Shown here piece after piece: positions 42,708-57,218 of a stretch of DNA of 64,000 nucleotides. The notes under the pieces are model-generated. The model searched no databases and was not told the origin of the DNA. It saw only the letters and a program-made list of their open reading frames with translations. Both the position numbers and the translations under genes were made by a program. Origin of the DNA: the human T2T-CHM13v2.0 reference genome, Homo sapiens. The first letter of the stretch is position 1. The number at the start of each line of letters is the position of its first letter. The stretch lies in NCBI RefSeq assembly GCF_009914755.1, contig NC_060928.1. One strand, written 5' to 3'.

Positions 42708-45700
42708 ACTATATGCCAATAAACTGGAAAACCTAGAAGAAGTAAATAAATTCCAAGACACATACAACCTATCAAGATTGAACATGAAGAAATCCAATAC
42801 CTGAATACATCACTAACAAGTAATTAGATCAAAGCCATAATAAATATTCTACCAGGAAAGAAAAGCCCAGGACCCAGTGGCTTCTGTGTTAGTTTGTTCT
42901 CAGGAAGCTATAAATAACTACCTGAGACTGGGTAATTTATGAAGAAGAGAGATTTAATTAACTCGCAGTTCTGCAGGCTTAACAGGAAGCATGACAGGAA
43001 GGCCTCAGGAAACCTATAATCATGGCAGAAGGTGAAGGAGAAGCAAGCACTTTCTTCACATAGTGGCAGGAGACAGAGAGAGAGAGAGAGAGAAAAGGGA
43101 AAAAATGCCACACACTTTCAAACAACCAGAACTGATGAGAACTCACTCACTATCATGAGAACAGCAAGAGGAAGTTTAACCAACGATTCAATCACCTCCT
43201 ACCAGGCTCCTGCCCCAACATGTGGAGATTAGGATTCAAGATGAGATTTGCGTGGTGACACAGAGCCAAACCATATCAGCTTCACTGCTGAATTTTATAA
43301 AACATTTAAAGAACCACGTATCCTAGTTAAACTATTTCAAATAATAGTGGTGGATAAAATACTTCCAAACTCATTCTACAAGGCCAGTATCACCCTGATA
43401 TCAAAACCAGATAAAGTTACATTAAAAAAAAAAGAAAACTACAAGCTAAGATCTCTAATAAACATAGATGCAGAAGTCCTCAAGAAAATACCACCAAACT
43501 GAATTCAACAACACATAAAAAGCTCATTCATCATGCATGACCAAGTGGGATTTATCCCAGGAATGAAAGGATAGTTTAACATATGTAAATCAGTCAGTGT
43601 GATACATGCATGATATTAACAGACTGAAGTACAAAAACCATATGATCAAATGCTTTTTCCATGCTGAAAAAGCATTTGATAATATCTATCATGTCTTCGT
43701 GATAAAAGTTTTATAAAGTAGGATATAGAAGGTACAATCTTCAACACAATAAAAACTATATATGACAGACCTACAGCTAGTATCATACTGAACAGGTATA
43801 AACTGAAAGTCTTTCCTCTAAGATCAAAACAAGACAAGAATTCCCACTTTACCACAGTTATTCAACATGGTAGTAGAGATATTATCTAGAGCAACCAGAC
43901 AAGATAAAGAAAAAAACAGCATTCAATTGGAAAGGAAAAAGTCAAATTGTCCTTGTTTGCAGATAATATATTTCAAAAAACCTAAAGACTCCACCAAAAT
44001 ACTGTTAAAACTGATAAGCAAATTCAGTAAAGTTTCAGAATACAAAATCAGCATACAAAAATCAGTAGCATTTCTATATGCCAGCAGTGCACAATCTGAA
44101 GAAGAAAGCAAGAAAGTAATCCCATTTGCGATGGCTACAAAAAATAAAATCACTAGGAGTAAACATAACCAGAAAAGTGAAAGATTTCTAGAATAAGAAT
44201 GTAAAACATTAATGCAAAAAAAGAACACAAAACAATTGAAAGATATTTTATGTACATGGACTGGAAGATGTCAATATTTTTAAAATATCCGCACTACCCA
44301 AAGCAATCTAAAGATTCCGTGCAATCCCTATCAAAACACCAATAATACTCTTCAAAGAAATGGCAAAAATAATCCTAATATTTATATGAAACTACACAAG
44401 ACCCATAATAGCAAAAGTTCTCCTGGACCAAAAGAACAAAATTTGAGGAGTCACATTACCTGACTTCAAATTATACTTTGGAGATATAGTCACCAAACAT
44501 CATGGTACTGGCATAAAAACAGACACAGACCAATGGAACAGAATAGAGAACACATAAATAAGTCCATACAACTACAGTAAACTCATTTTCAATAAAGGTG
44601 CTGAGACCATACATTGGGGAAAGGAGAGTCTCTTCAATAAATGAGGCTGGAATAATGGGATATCCATAAGCAGAAGAATGAAGTGAGACCCCATATCACT
44701 CACCATGTAAAAAATCAAATAATGAACTAAAGACTTAAATCTAAGACCACAAGCTATAAAAGTACTATAAGAAAACATTGGAGGAAACTCTCCAGGACAT
44801 TGGCCTGGGCAAATATTTCTTGAGTAATACCCCACAAACACAGGCAACTCAAGCAAAAATGGACAAATGGGATCACATCAAGTTTAAAAGTCTCTGCTTA
44901 GCAAAGAAAACAATTAATACAGTGAAGAGACAAGCCAGAGAATGGGAGAAAATATTTGCAAACTACTGCTCTGACAAGGAATTAATAAGCAGAATACATA
45001 AGGAGCTCAAACAACTCAATAGGAAAAAAATATAGTAATCCAATTTAAAAATAAGCAAAACATCTGAATTGATATTTTTCAAAAGAAGACATACAAAGAG
45101 CAAACAGGTATATGAAACGGTGCTCAACATCATTGACCATCAGAAAAATGGAAATCAAAACTACAATGAAATATCTCACCCCAGTTAAAATGGCTTTTAT
45201 TCAAAAGACAGGCAATAATGAATACTAGTAAGGATGTGGGGTAAAGGGAACCCTTGTACACTACTTGTTGAAATGTAACTTAGCATAGCTGCTATGGAGA
45301 GCAGTATGGAGTTTCCTCAGAAAACTAAAAATAGAATTATCACATGATCTAGCAATCTCACTTCTAGGTGTCTACCCAAAAGAAAGGAAATCAATGTATC
45401 AGCAAGATATCTGCACCCTTGTATTTATGGCAGCACTATTCAGAATAGTCAATATTGGGAAGCAACCTAAGCAATCATCAACAGATGAATGGCTAATGAA
45501 AATGTGGTACATATACACAATGGAGTACTATTCAGCCATAAAACATGAGATTCTGCCACTTGCAAAAACACAGATGGAACTGGAGGACATTATAAATGAA
45601 ATAAACCAGGCACAGAAAGACAATCCACATGTTCTTACTTACTTGTGGGAGTTAAAAATGAAAACAGTTGAATTCATGGAGATAGAATGTGGAATGATGG

Positions 45701-46025
45701 TTACCAGAGGGTGGGAAGCATGGTCAGGGACAGGGAAGTGGGGATGATTAATGGGTATGAAATTAGAGTTAGATAGAATGAGTAAGATCTAATATTTGAT
45801 AGCACAACAGTGTGATTAGAATCAACAATAATTTATTGTACCTTTTAAAATAGCTAAGAGAGTATAATGGTAAAGTCTGTAACATAAAGAAATGATAAAT
45901 GCTTAAGTTGATGAATTCTCCATTTACCCTGATGTGATTATTACGCATTGTATCCCTGTGCCAAAATATATCATGTACCCCAAAAAAAGTACACCTAGTA
46001 CATTCCCATAAAATTTTTAAAATAT
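42708..46025 (+). mobile_element. 5'-truncated L1MA2/3 (ORF2 remnant plus 3' UTR), frameshifted
   Basis: ORF2 peptides ILPNSFYKASITLISKP, KLISKFSKVSEYKISIQKSVAFLY and MWYIYTMEYYSAIK in different frames; L1MA-type 3' UTR 'ttgatagcacaacag..ccctgatgtgattattacgcattg'. Confidence 0.92.
42885..43278 (-). mobile_element. THE1D/MSTA-type solo LTR inserted in L1 ORF2
   Basis: 'tgtgttagt' through 'cagagccaaaccatatca'; perfect TSD gcttc at 42880-42884 and 43279-43283; (GA)n inside. Confidence 0.92.
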
Positions 46026-46029
46026 AAAA

Positions 46030-46680
46030 TTACCTTAAAAAATAGCAAATACTGGAAATTATTCCAACAAAAATGTTTAAGATGCCTATATAGAATACTG
46101 TAATACATTACAGAAAGTAATTTTAGATCTTAATAATTGGCATGATTTATCCTGTTCCTGGATTAGAAAACCCTATTATAATTCTCTATCAATTTTACAT
46201 CAACTGACCTATAAATACAATTTAGTCTCAATCAAAATTATATTGGGATATTGAGTTAAAATTGATAGATATTATTCTAAAATTAATATGCAAAAAATAC
46301 TATCAAAAAATCTTAAGACAATAGTAGAAGAGTTACATTTTCAGATATTATGACTCATTAGAAACTTGGCAATTAAATTTCATATTATTACAACCATAAG
46401 TCAATAGAACAAAACATTTAAAAAAGAGTGAAATATATATAAACATTTAATTTATAAAGTAATTTTTGCATATGCAAGCTGTGTGGACAAACAATAGGCA
46501 TTTCAATAACTAAAATTGGTAATTAAGTATCTATGTTTTTAAAAGTGAATTTTTTTTTCCTCACACTAGTCACAAAACTTAATTGGATGTAATTCACCTA
46601 TTTAATATAGCGGAAAAAAATGAAGCCCTTAGAAAATAATATAGAAAAATTTCTTCAAGGATTTGAAGTAGGATTTTCTT
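46030..46680 (+). mobile_element. Older L1ME-class ORF2 fragments
   Basis: 'cctgttcctggattagaaaa', 'attctaaaattaatatg', 'ttagaaaataatatagaaaa'. Confidence 0.55.
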
Positions 46681-48604
46681 TGACCACAGCAGTTCTAATG
46701 AAAACCATATGGATTAAAGGTAATTTTGAGTGAACTAAAGAGAAGAACAGAAAATGGGAAATTTGAATTTGAATTGGTAAGTATAAACAAATATTTTGAT
46801 ATTTTACCGTGAATAGAAACAAAGAAGTGGGATAGCAGCTAACAGACAGTCGAGGTCAAGAGGGTGTATTATTAAAGCTGAAGATACCAATATGTCTGCA
46901 TGTATGCGTGTGTGTAGACTAATACAAATAGTTAATTGAAGATGGAAATCAGTGATTCAAGAGACATTTGGCAATCACAGAAGCAGAGTCACTGTTCAAA
47001 TTTGAAAAGACAGGATAGATGCTGAAAGGCAGTTTTTCAAAGGAAGAGAAAAGTTTCATGTACTTTATGCAAAAATGAAGTGGGATTCAGATAAGGACAA
47101 AAGAGTAGGAAAAATCGGAAAGGGAACTTGGAAAACATTATTAAGTCTCAGAGATGAGGTGAAGAGAACAACTAAACAAAAACCACATTGCTTTGGATAA
47201 TGTAGTTTAGTTATAAAATTATTAAAAATATTTCTAAGATTTTCAAAATTTTGTCATTTTACGGTGAGGAGTAGGAGTGCATATAAATATGTTAATTATA
47301 TGGATAGGTTTTTGCTTTATAATTATTTTTGGAATTACAGATGTGTTTTATGCAGTCTTAATGAATTGTATATCTCACAATTTTAAAAAACATATAAATG
47401 ACTTAGTGTAGAGTGTGGATTATGGTGAATACTTAAGGTTTGCTTTATTGATACTGATGTTTCAGTCTGGTGTAGGGTCTAACCCTTGCTGCTCAGAACC
47501 AAAGTAAAGAGTCAAAAATCAACATGGTTAATGGACATAGGTAGTCTGAAAAATATATTACCTAAATTCTTAGCATTCAATTTACAACATGCTACATAAA
47601 ATTTTAAATTAAAATTTTAAACCATTCTACTTTTTTGTCACAAAATACACATATGTGAAAATACAGTGTAATTCCCTTTCATACGTAAGAAAAAAACAAA
47701 AATTTTGTATCTAGAGTATTGATTATATTTAACTCATATAGTCTTTTTGAACTTGTTTCAAAATAATTTTCAGCTTATATGGTCAGATATATGACATTTG
47801 TGGCTTATAAACACAATATTATCTTGCCTTTTAAGGAAAATAAAACTTCAGCTAACATTTCTATGTTTTTTTAATGTTAGATGGCAAAATAACTAAAATG
47901 GATTTTTCTTTTTTTTTAATTTTCTTTGCCACCTCATTATATGGTGGTGAATTTTGTTAAGACATATGATATTTTTCATTTTTATTTATCTGAAATATAT
48001 AATGATAAAATATCATCATGCAAAAAATATTTTTCTATTTTTTTAAGTTTTCTCACTTGCCAGAATTTATTGTAAGAAGTATCAGACATTACGTATAATA
48101 GTGGGTTTGAAAGAACTAAAATCTCTAATTTTTAACACCTTTTACGTCTGCTGCAGCTTTAACCATGTGCAATTTATGAGCTGTGGACAAGTCTTCGCCC
48201 TCAGTGTGTGTCATCAACAGAATCATGTATTCGAAGGGACTCTGAGGTGAGAATCATGGCGGGGAACGGGCAGGGCGACAGTAGGCTGCTGGAGCTGAAT
48301 TTTCCAGGTTTACACATAACTGAATTACTTCTCCTAACATCTCATTTATATTTCCATAGTGGCTCTGACTTCGAATGTTGTATTTCGTAAGATTAAAGAA
48401 AAAGTAACAGATAAAGGAAAGTGGGGTCAAAGTGCTGATTGGTAGAGAAGCGTACATCATGGTCATTCCTTAGACATGTGCTGCCTATTGAAAGCAGGAG
48501 TTTGTTTTACTTCTTTGTTAGGAGAAAGCATATTTTTCTGGATTACTTGTCCTGAGGTCTAATAGTAGATAGTAAAGTTTATTTAAGCCTAGGTTGTCTT
48601 CTAA

Positions 48605-48934
<330 letters not shown>

Positions 48935-51900
48935 CTGACCTGTGTATATTTCTAATTTGGAAGTTTATCATGTGGGTATTTTAAAGAAGCAGCAGGAATG
49001 TTTTAGTGGGAGATAGAACTAAGGATCTTAATAAAAATGTCAAGACTTGGACGATAAGAAAACATCCATCTTTAGTTTTTGTTGCCATAATTCTGCGTGT
49101 TAATGTTCCACCAATAGATTTAATAATTTGGAACCAAATTATTGACGTTGGAATTATATTATTAGAAATGTGCTGTACCTAGACAAGCCTCATCATGACA
49201 AAACATTAATAGCCATTTATTTTCTGTTATTGTTAATTTGAAAGTCCTCATGTTGTATAAAGTGCTTTATTGAATATTCTTAAACAGATTCACCAAAGTG
49301 CTTGATTATATCAATTATCTATGTGGTAGAATATTTTATAAAACCTTTGATTAAACATAATAGTAATCAGAAGACATCACCTAGGGAGAAGACTATCAAT
49401 TAAAAATATATAAAAATAAACTCCTGCCACCTTTTTAACCCTTTGTCAACATGCATACATGCATTTGAAATTACCATGGGCAAATATTGCATGTAATACC
49501 TCTGTAGAATCATTACTTTTAATTTAGAAATGGCTCTTGGTTGCTATGTTAATGTTTTTAAATACACTCAACTGTATTTTTAAATTTACTTTTAAATGAG
49601 TAAGCCAAAATACACATAATTTTCTGAAAAATAATTGAGGGTAACTAACAAAAATATATACGCCATAAAATTAATAAAGAGGTTGTATAAATAAGGATAA
49701 GGTAGGGTAAGCTGGAATAAAGAGTAAAAATAAAGTAAGGAATATAAAACGTTGCTTAAGTCTTGATATCCAAAAGAAAGAGTACTAATTTTTTTTAGTT
49801 TTTTAATGCTGAATTATTAATTTGTCACATAGAGCTTCATATCATATTCATGTGACATACATAAGATGAAGACATTCTGGATTAGGGCTATTCCTCTATA
49901 ATCCACTCTTTGTAGGTTTCATGAATGATCCTACCCTGTATCCTTCACCTTCCTCTCCAGGCTCAGGATAATCAAATTATATTTCTTATGCAAAGAGGAC
50001 TAAAGTTCCTAAAGAGCAACAGATTTCTCAAAGTTGCTGTAAACATAAAAATATGACATCTTGAATCTATCCTCTCCTTCTGCAGACTAGGTAGTCTGCC
50101 TATTTGACTCTTTTATGTGCTGCTTTTCTCAAACCACTTATGTATGACTTAATACTGCAACTTGAAATTAGAGATACCTACCCCACTTTTGTAAACTCTG
50201 CTTATCTTTTTTAAGAGATTTAAACCTGTTTATAATTTCCCATTGACATATATTAGATTTGGTAAAAATTTTCTACCATGCCCCACGTTTTACACCACTT
50301 GCTTTTGTCTCAGTCACCGAGACATCTTACTTCATTAAATACTTTTATATCATAAATTGGGCTTTCGAGTTCTGCCTGGTTGAACTTGACATAGGTTGAC
50401 ATTCATCATCCTGAGTCATGAAATTTATTCAAGTAGTTGATTGTTTACCTGGAACAACCAAACATCTTTAAGCTAGCAGAATCACCCCAGTCCCTACTGG
50501 GAATAGAACTGGAGCCCTGATACTTTCTGATTTTTAATTTGTACTTTCTAAAACAGTTTCCTGAAACTATAGTTCCATTCTATCAATTAAATCTATTTGT
50601 GGCCAAACCAAAAACTACAAGATATTACTGAACTCCAGGCTCCAGAGGAAAGTCTCCCAGTTGAAAAGTTAATCTGACTCTTTTCTCACCATATCTGTAA
50701 CTTAAAAGCCATTTCTTGGACTACCTAAAGCTAGATAATGAAGATAAGCCTCACTGATGACAAATTCTCCCTTCTTCTATTCATGGTAGCCACTACGACA
50801 TGTTAGTTCTTAACATGCCCACCATGCTTAGCTTGTTTTTCTCCTACATATTACTAATACCTATGCGGCTTGCCTTATAATTTCAAGATGACCAACATAC
50901 ATACATTTAATAGGTTCAACATTTGAGCTCTCACTTAAGTTATTTGTGTCATTTGAAGTATTTGAAATTGCTGTAGACTTTATATGGAGTAGGTTAATGT
51001 TTGTGATAACTACTCATTGTCAAAAAAAAACCACTTTGTGCAACAGCCTTCCATTATAAATTTTAAAGTCAACACATGCATCACTAGGAAAGATAAGCTA
51101 AGATTAAGGCAATGTGTCTGTCTTGATAATCCCTATGTCAGCTCACTTCTACCTAAAGATACATAAGTAAGAATGCGCCAACTTTGCCTGCCTTAAAAGG
51201 GCTTTCAAGCTGCCTCCTGATTTGATTTTGATCTTCCTTCCTTCACAATCTTAGACTCACTGTCTTCTCATAAGGTGATTTCCTTTCAAACAGATATTGG
51301 TTATTTTGACTGAAAAATAAAGAATATCTTTCTGCTTTTCTATATCTGAGTGAAGTAGATTGTTGTCATCAATTTTAGGGCAAATAGCTCTTCCATATGT
51401 GCAGAATAGAAAAAGAATGAAGACAATTATAAAGCACTAGTAATTTTTGATAGCTGACATTTTAGGAACCTTGGAGAATTGAATATGGAAGATAGAGGAT
51501 TCTTCTCTGCTACAGTAGCAACGGCATCTAACTTGTGCTATATCTGAAGAGGCAAAGATCCTTTCTCTTCAATATAAACTATAAAAATCAGCTACATAAT
51601 ACTAACATTTCAGACTACTTTCATTTTGCCATTTCTTTAACTTACTTATTAATATTTCTCAAAAGGATCAGACTTAAATCGTCATTGGGCATATAATTCA
51701 AGAGTAACTCTATAGTTCTTCTTGATTAGGTTCTCAGAATAGTATTTAAGCTTTTCTTTTCTTTCTTTTCATTTTTTAACAGCCTGGACTAACTGCTTCT
51801 TTAATTTCTGCTAAATGATTTGTTTCATTTGAGATTTGCAAATTATAAACCCCATTTGCAAGAGAACAATCTGATCATAGCTGTACTGCTCTACAGTTTA

Positions 51901-53674
51901 AATTAGAATTTTGGAAATCTGAGGATTTAAATTAAAGCTCATACCCAAGGTAACAAAAAACCCTCCACTCAACACTCATAGAGAGAGTAATTATATATGA
52001 GAACCTGAAATTAGAAGCTGAAATTAGAGCTATATTCACTAAGCCCCAAAGAACAGCTATTTTTTTAGCCCTCATAATGAAATGATTCCAGGTAAGATAA
52101 TATACATGTCAGAGCCATTCAGTGCCACATTTCTCAGGTCTTATTTTCTTTTCTCAAATATATTGAATCCTTTTAACTCCTTTTGTTGGTGAAAATGTTT
52201 TAAACTATTTATAGTGACATGAGATTTGAAAAAAGATTTTCTCTCACATTTAAAAAAGAGGTAAAAAGTGCCATGCTTAAAAAATTATTTTGGGTTTATC
52301 TAATATTTCTAATAGAAAATACAAATAGGAAGTAATTGATGTATCTAGTAGTACTGCTCATCACAATAATAAAGAATAAGAATATAATGTATTTAATACT
52401 AAGTATTATATAAAGTATATTTTATAGTTCATGATAAATTACTTTATAATAAAGAACACGCAGAAGACATTCGTGAAAACAAGTAATAATTATTAAGCTC
52501 TTGTTTTGTACCAAGCAATGTGTTCAATACTTCACAACTATTTTCTCCTGAAATCTGAAGAGTAACTTGCTATCAAAATTTTACACATACACATACACAT
52601 ACATACATATATACCTGAGTTTACCAAAGAGATTGAATTGAATAATTACCCCAATCACAAAACTAGATTTCAAGAACTTACACTTTCAACCTCTATAATA
52701 TGGTAGTGTGTGTTGCTTTTAACTTAGAGTTTTGAACATTAAAAATTATTTGTTAAAACAAAATTAACTGATATGTTTCGAATACATTGAATGCATGTTC
52801 TGCATAATGTTAATTTTACTTTAGAATGTAAATATGTAAACAATAATATTTATATAAAAATAAACTGAAGAAATGTAAAGTTTAAATTGAGTATGACATC
52901 AAATTTAAACAATTAATACCAGATATGGCAAGGTAATAATTGCTAAGAACTAGTCAAAAAATTTAAAAATAATATTTTGATATAATCATTAGTGATAAAA
53001 CCTGTTAATGCTCTTTGGCCCTCATGAGTCCAGTTTGTCTCCAGTAATCCAACAGATTATCAAAGATCATAATGTGTTGAAATATATATATTAAAATATA
53101 TATATGTTGTATCTACGAATCATATATATATATATGTTTCAATGCAGTCAGTGGTATCTATCTAAAACATTCTTTGCGCCCTTGTTTCCCTTCTCATATG
53201 CATTCTTGAGTGAAAATGGGGCTCATATGATACAGCTAGTGTTCATAAAATTAGATATAGAGGTACAAACATTGATGTTTCCTACTCATAAACTTTCAAC
53301 GACAGAATATTATCAAAGCTTCCTCTTTTGGAGTGAGTTATTCTAATTTACCATTATTGTAAGAGAAAATGAAGAAGTGGGACTACATGAAGTTTAGGTT
53401 TAGTTCCTGATCTCCACACCCAGGCTTATATGAAGAATATCAGATAGAAATTATACATAAGTTTATGCTCCATTTATAATTTTTTTTATTTAATTGAGAA
53501 TTACAGACCACATTTTCTCCTCTAAACAATAGAAAACATTTTCCAATTAGTTCGCTCCCAATTAAAACCTTAAAGAGTGATTTCACACTATATTAATATG
53601 ACAGTCTATATTGGTATATCTGCTCTCGAAGACAATTTGGTACTGAGTATGAAAATGTTAAAAATGAGCAAGAA

Positions 53675-53987
53675 GGCCGGTGTGGTGGTTCACATCTGTA
53701 ATCGCAGCACTTTGGGAGGCCGAGGTGGGCAGATCACGAGATCAAGAGATTGAGACCATCTGGTCAACATGGTGAAACCACGTCTCTACTAAAAATACAA
53801 AAATGAGCTGGGCGTGGTGGCGCATGCCTGTAGTCCCAGCTACTTGGGCATGAGGCATGAGAATCTCTTGAGCTTTGGAGGCAGAGGTTGCAGTGAGCTG
53901 AGATGGCGCCATTGCACTCAAGCCTGGTGATAGAGCGAGACTCCATCTTAAAAAAACAAAACAAAACAGAAAACAAAAACAAAACAA
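53675..53987 (+). mobile_element. AluSc, full length, (CAAAA)n tail
   Basis: Sc-type 'gatcacgagatcaagagattgagaccatc'; TSD gagcaagaa at 53666-53674 and 53988-53996. Confidence 0.92.
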
Positions 53988-54199
53988 GAGCAAGAAATAG
54001 GACTTCAAATCTGCAAGAAATTTACTGAACAATGTATGTAATAACAATAAAGAATTTTCCTAATTGTTCAGCAAGGGATAATTTGAATAAGTGCAATGCA
54101 ATATAATCTAAGCATTATATATTATTTAAAATCTAATATTGAACATTTCAGTTATTAAAATATAAAATTACATAATTAAGAGTATAATCAATAAAATAT

Positions 54200-55010
54200 C
54201 AATATACCCAAAACACATATGAATCACTGTACTATTTAATGGTAAAAATCGACAAGAAAATAATTAATTATAATATGCATCCAACACTTCCATGATAAAA
54301 CCATCCAGAAAACAAAGAATAAAGAAAATTATTTTTAACATGATAAAAAGTATTTATGGGGAACTTAAAACTAACTTTATTCTCAACAGTGAAAAAATGC
54401 CTAGCCAACATGGTGGAACTCCGTCTCTACCAAAAATACAAAAATTAGCCGGGACTGCTGGCAGACACCTGTAATCCCAGCTACTTGGGAGGCTGAGGCA
54501 GAAAATTGCTTGAACCCGGGAGGCGGATGTTGCAGTGAGCCGAAATCGTTCCACTGCACTCCAGCCTGGGCGACAGAGTGAGACTCCGTGGCAATAAATA
54601 AATAAATAAATAAATAAAGTGAAAAAATAAAAACTTTCCCCAAAGGTAAGAAACATGCTAAAGCTTCTACTTTTACCACTGCTATTTAGCTAGCATTGTA
54701 TCAACATTTCAAGTCAGAACAATCGGACAGAATAAATACATGAAAGACATTAAAATTGGGAAGGAAAAATTAACTCTATCTCTTAAGAAAAAAAGAGGGA
54801 GTTACATGTAAACTGCAGAAGGGAGAAAATAATAAAAATTAGAATGGAAAATAATAAAATGAAGAATAACAATAAAATAAAATTAATAAAGGAAAGCAAT
54901 AGAGAAAAATCAATGAAAACAAATGTTGGTTCTTTGAATAAATTAGCAAAATTGACAACTCTTTAGCTATGTTGACCAAAAAATAAAATTAAATAAATTA
55001 GAGAAAGAAT
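54200..55010 (+). mobile_element. Old L1M ORF2 fragments, interrupted by Alu
   Basis: 'ccaacacttccatgataaaa', 'aaattgggaaggaaaaattaact', 'aaaatcaatgaaaacaaatgttggttctttgaa'. Confidence 0.65.
54399..54617 (+). mobile_element. AluS, 5'-truncated (~90 nt missing), (TAAA)n tail
   Basis: Starts 'gcctagccaacatggtg'; perfect TSD agtgaaaaaat at 54388-54398 and 54618-54628. Confidence 0.92.
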
Positions 55011-55029
55011 AAGAAGACAGTGAATTCTT

Positions 55030-55718
55030 AGTTTTAACTTTCATTGAAGCCTTCACAGACTTGTTCAAAGATCACCAGGTGTTTGCTGACAATTTCTTCA
55101 AAGCCTTGCCGACTTTGGTCATCTTCCTGTCCAGAATCCACTGACAAATTTTAAATTTTTATGAAAGCATACACTCCCACGTACCAAAAACCATTGCAGT
55201 CATTATAGCTATTTAATAAGCTATCACAAAACTCCATGGAATAAAGTAGTTTGTCAATCAGAAATTTAGACCTGGAATTGTGAGGACAGTTTTACTCTCC
55301 TCCACAATTACTGGAGCCTCAACTTGAAGACTTAAGGCCAGGGTCAAAAGAGTTTATTTACATATGTGTCTGGTGGCTGATACTGATTGTCGGTGGATGA
55401 CTTAAGTTTCTTATACTTCATGATCTTTTTCATGTGATCTATCCATATTAGCTAGTTTGGACTTTTCTGGCACCCTGGTGACTCTGTTCCAAGGAAGAAC
55501 TAGCTGCACAATATAGTCATTTATGATATAACTTTTAAAATCATACAGAGAAATTTCTACCACATTCTATGCACCAAGGCAGTCAGAATTCTTACCCAGT
55601 CACAAGCGGAGAGAAAATGTTACTTCTCTCCTCCAGTGGATAGAAATGGGGAATTCTGGAAGGATATGTAGAGCCAGATTTATTGCAGTGGTCATTAAAA
55701 AATACAATCTACCCACCA
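55030..55718 (-). mobile_element. MLT1 (H-like) LTR (55196-55718) plus adjacent internal fragment
   Basis: 'agcatacactcccacgtaccaa' (MaLR internal/LTR junction motif), then 'tgtctggtggctgatactg' and 'aaatacaatctaccca'. Confidence 0.55.
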
Positions 55719-56520
55719 ATAGACATCATATTTATAATTATTTAGTTCATTTCCTCTGTCAGAACACTTGAGAAACAAATTACTACTTTGTCTCTTCTCA
55801 CATCTCTAACACATTGTTCCCATCATTTTCTCAAGTGATAAACTTACTCCATATTCACTTAGCTTGTTTTTATTTTTTTATCCAGTGTTTATTTCATGGA
55901 AAATATTACTCATTTTTCTTGAGACATATTCTCCAAAGATTACATGATATTTCTATGATTGGCTTTTTTCTACCTTTCTGGATAATCCTGCAAAGTTTGC
56001 CTTATAAACCCTTTTCTGGTTTAGGTTTTTAAATATTACACTATTTTAGGATTGTCTGTTAGACCATTTTTACTTCAAAACAACAGAGATGGTAAAATTG
56101 GGGTACAAAGAACACATTTTTCACTTCTAAGCCCATGGTAGATTTAGCTAATTTACCAGTTTCTCTTGGGTTTTATGTTGTCTTGAAATTCTCACTAGTA
56201 TTAAATAATCCTACAATTGTGATGCAAAATTAAAATTATCAATGAAATCTGCTCTATCCACTATTTTGGTAGTACCTGTCTAATACTGTGTTGTCAATTA
56301 CCACGCATAATGATAGCCTGGTAATATTCCCTTTTTTATTTTTAAAAACATATCGATGTTACTGTAGGTAGCTAAAGTTAATTTATATGTATTACTTTCT
56401 AATGTTCCAGTCTGTAAATATACCAGTTTATCCATTATTTCATGAGGCCATTTGTCTTTTTTCCTGTTTTGTGTATTAATATTGCTATGATATAAACATA
56501 TTTGTACACACCTCCTTGTA

Positions 56521-56892
56521 CAGATGCGCCTCAACTTATGATGGAGCTACATCTCAGCAAACCCATCAAAAGTTGAAAATATTTCAAGTAAAAATGCATT
56601 TACTTTACCTAACTTTCCAAATACCATGATTTAGCCTAGTATACTCTAAATGTGCTCAGAACACATACATTGGCCTACAGTTGAGCAAAATCATCCAACA
56701 AAAAACCTATTTTATAATAAAGTATCAACTGTCTCATGTAATGTATTGAATTCTGTACTAAAAATAAGAAACAGAATGGAATGGTTCTATGGGTCCCCTT
56801 GAAGCATTGGTTATATACCATAAGTATAGCTTTTACACCATCATAAAGTAAAAAAATTGTAAATCAAGCCATTATAATTCAGGGAACATCTG
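56521..56892 (+). mobile_element. MER47A (Tigger-type TcMar) DNA transposon
   Basis: TIR-like ends cagatgcgcctcaactta / taattcagggaacatctg; TA on both sides; internal 'aaatgtgctcagaacac..gcctacagttgagcaaaatcatc'. Confidence 0.85.
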
Positions 56893-57218
56893 TATACTTA
56901 TGCATTGGTTTCTCTCAGGTGTATATATAAGAGTGTAGATATTTAGCAAATTAAATTAAAATGCATATTATAAGATAGTAACAAAATGTATACCTGAAAT
57001 ATTTGTACAAATATTTGTACAAATTTGTAGTCCCACAAAAATGTATAATGGATTCCATTAATTGCCAAATTTTCCAACAGTGTTATTTATGATTTGGTAT
57101 TTTTACCAATCGAATATGTATGAAATATTCAATTATTGTCATATTAATTTACCATTTCCTGATTATTGGTGAGATCAAGCATCTTTTTATATGTCGTTGG
57201 CTTTATACATTTGCTTTT

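Noticed and set aside
43248-45747. ORFs with reverse-transcriptase-associated L1 ORF2 peptides
   Set aside because: Frameshifted fragments of a dead 5'-truncated L1MA, not an active or novel RT system.
56997-57030. Tandem 12-mer aaatatttgtac x2
   Set aside because: Ordinary small slippage duplication in an old L1.
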